This document shows positions 51,941 through 53,137 of a DNA stretch of 53,137 nt, piece after piece. The position numbers and the translations under genes are program-made. The first letter of the stretch is position 1; the number at the start of each line of letters is the position of its first letter. The notes under the pieces were generated by a model that saw only the letters and a program-made list of their open reading frames with translations, did no database searches and was not told the origin of the DNA. Source of the stretch: Candidatus Saccharimonadia bacterium (lineage in GTDB: Bacteria > Patescibacteriota > Saccharimonadia > Saccharimonadales > Saccharimonadaceae); contig JALRBE010000001.1 in NCBI GenBank assembly GCA_023262335.1, forward strand, positions 1 through 53,137, given 5' to 3'.

Positions 51941-52357
51941 TCACGCGAACAATCCGATCCAGATCAGGTAGCTGCCTGCGAGCAGGAAGAAGGCGTTTCG
52001 GATCGGGCGGACGTACCGCTTGTTGAAGAACGGAATCCCGCAGGGGATCAGCACCATGAGCGTTGCCATCAAACCGAAGCCTGCCGCCCAGTACTTCCAG
52101 TACTCCGGCGAATCCGCGTGGGGCAGTTCCGTGCCGACCAGGCCGAGCAAAACGGCCATGCAGGCGATGACGAGCGTCGCTATGCGGTCGCGTCGCGCGC
52201 CCTTCTCCTTGATTTCGGCATGGGTCTGGATTGCCATGACGAACGCCGGAATGACCAGGAACGCCATGGCGATCGTCCAGGCTATGGTGAATGATATGGG
52301 CACCGTGGTGGGCCTTTCTGGTGTCGGTGACGAGCCACCCCGACGAGCGGAGCGCAC
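51941..52357 (-). CDS. integral membrane protein, unknown function
   Basis: Four hydrophobic helices. The GTG at 52357 is preferred because it is 6 nt after TATAAT (52364-52369). The track start at 52402 is a TTG. Confidence 0.5.
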   Translation of the reverse strand: MRSARRGGSSPTPERPTTVPISFTIAWTIAMAFLVIPAFVMAIQTHAEIKEKGARRDRIATLVIACMAVLLGLVGTELPHADSPEYWKYWAAGFGLMATLMVLIPCGIPFFNKRYVRPIRNAFFLLAGSYLIWIGLFA

Positions 52358-52452
52358 ATCGAGATTATATAATATTTTATCACAAAATAACAAAAAAGTC
52401 AATATGTACGATTAGCGCTGTAGTAAATACCTATTGCATTCTTGTGCTATAT

Positions 52453-52484
52453 AGTGTTACTATGTACTAGTAATCAGTAACACT
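52453..52484. promoter_or_regulatory. 32-bp near-perfect palindrome, candidate PadR operator
   Basis: AGTGTTACT-atg-TACTAGTA-atc-AGTAACACT. It overlaps the candidate padR promoter elements TGcTATATA (52445-52453) and TACTAT (52458-52463). Confidence 0.55.
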
Positions 52485-52503
52485 AAGTAGCAAAGGAACA
52501 ACA

Positions 52504-52827
52504 GTGCAAAACGTTACGGAAATGCTAAAGGGCGTACTGGAAGGCTGCGTGCTCGAAACGATCAAGCACGACCAAACGTACGGCTACGAGATCACGCAGC
52601 GGCTCAGGGAGCAAGGATTCGTCGATGTCGTCGAGGGTACCGTGTACGCCATATTGGTACGGCTCGAAAAAAACGGGTTGGTGCGCAGCGAAAAAAAACC
52701 GTCGGAAGTAGGTCCGCCCCGCAAGTTCTACGATCTTACCGATGCCGGAGTCGCAGAGCTCCGCGCGTTCTGGGAAAAATGGGACTTTTTATCACAAACC
52801 ATGAATGACTTAAGGAGAAGCAAATGA
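52504..52827 (+). CDS. PadR family transcriptional regulator
   Basis: LKGVLEGCVLETI...YGYEITQRL...GTVYAILVRLEKNGLV...RKFYDLT is the PadR wHTH signature. GTG start with an AAGGA Shine-Dalgarno. Confidence 0.9.
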   Translation: MQNVTEMLKGVLEGCVLETIKHDQTYGYEITQRLREQGFVDVVEGTVYAILVRLEKNGLVRSEKKPSEVGPPRKFYDLTDAGVAELRAFWEKWDFLSQTMNDLRRSK

Positions 52828-53137
52828 ACAAGATCATCAACGCCATCGTCGGCGATCTGAACGAAAAAAAGCGGTACCGCAACGCGGAAAAGCGCGCCAT
52901 GGCACTGCCAAAAGAATATTCCGAAGCCTACAAGCGCATCAAGGAATATCTTTGGAACGCGTCGGGAGTCATGACGATCGATCCGCTCGTCGCGGTCGTT
53001 GACCTGCTTGAAGAAGCCGCGGCGAACGGCCGCTCAGTTACCGACGTGACCGGTCCGGACGTCGCCGCGTTCGTGGACGAACTGGCAAAAGGCGAAAAGA
53101 CGTACAAGGACGCGTATCGCGACCGATTGAACAGCAA
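52824..53137 (+). CDS. DUF1048 domain protein (PadR-associated), C-terminus outside the window
   Basis: Hand translation gives MNKIINAIVGDLNEKKRYRNAEKRAMALPKEYSEAYKRIKEYLW..., the DUF1048 pattern. AAGGAG Shine-Dalgarno and ATGA overlap with padR. The frame stays open to the window edge, so it is not in the track. Confidence 0.75.
   Translation, partial: MNKIINAIVGDLNEKKRYRNAEKRAMALPKEYSEAYKRIKEYLWNASGVMTIDPLVAVVDLLEEAAANGRSVTDVTGPDVAAFVDELAKGEKTYKDAYRDRLNS

Noticed and set aside
1-53137. An alternative genetic code (UGA reassignment), CRISPR arrays, or large direct repeats.
   Set aside because: TGA ends many well-aligned genes and takes part in ATGA start/stop overlaps, so code 11 fits. I saw no regularly spaced short repeats and no long duplicated segments. 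The only internal similarity is the tandem ABC paralogues and the paralogous DUF1801 and YdeI genes.

Overview
A 53.1-kb bacterial chromosomal window read with the standard code (TGA is a stop, seen in several ATGA start/stop overlaps). Coding regions are GC-rich and intergenic regions are short and AT-rich. I call about 58 protein genes and 3 tRNAs (Leu-GAG, Leu-TAA, Cys-GCA). There is no rRNA, CRISPR array, transposase or integrase. Housekeeping genes are uvrC, typA, ddl, rarA, secG, trhO and a Xaa-Pro aminopeptidase. They are interleaved with four accessory themes. (1) A 9-kb type-IV-pilus-like minor-pilin locus (18.3-27.5 kb) holds a TPR-like protein, a 770-aa vWA protein with a full MIDAS motif, three prepilin-like proteins, a PilX-like protein, an RCC1 beta-propeller and a membrane-anchored unknown. 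This is the most likely novel system, possibly a split PilY1-like tip adhesin. (2) Many drug and xenobiotic-type genes are present: an Erm-type rRNA methyltransferase, a GNAT, a tandem ABC exporter pair, two MFS transporters, a short UvrA paralogue coupled to YdeI, DUF1801 x2, GyrI-like, RibD_C-like and PadR/DUF1048. (3) A trehalase, GDE-like hydrolase, GT4 and TrmB sugar module. (4) Cell-wall enzymes: a GH104-like muramidase, a LysM-CHAP hydrolase and an orphan ATP-grasp. At more than 20 operon-first genes a -10 box lies exactly 6-7 nt upstream of the start codon, so leaderless mRNAs appear to be the default. Three small ORFs absent from the track have good expression signals. Taxonomy is inference only: a compact Gram-positive-type genome, perhaps Patescibacteria/Saccharibacteria-like or actinobacteria-related.
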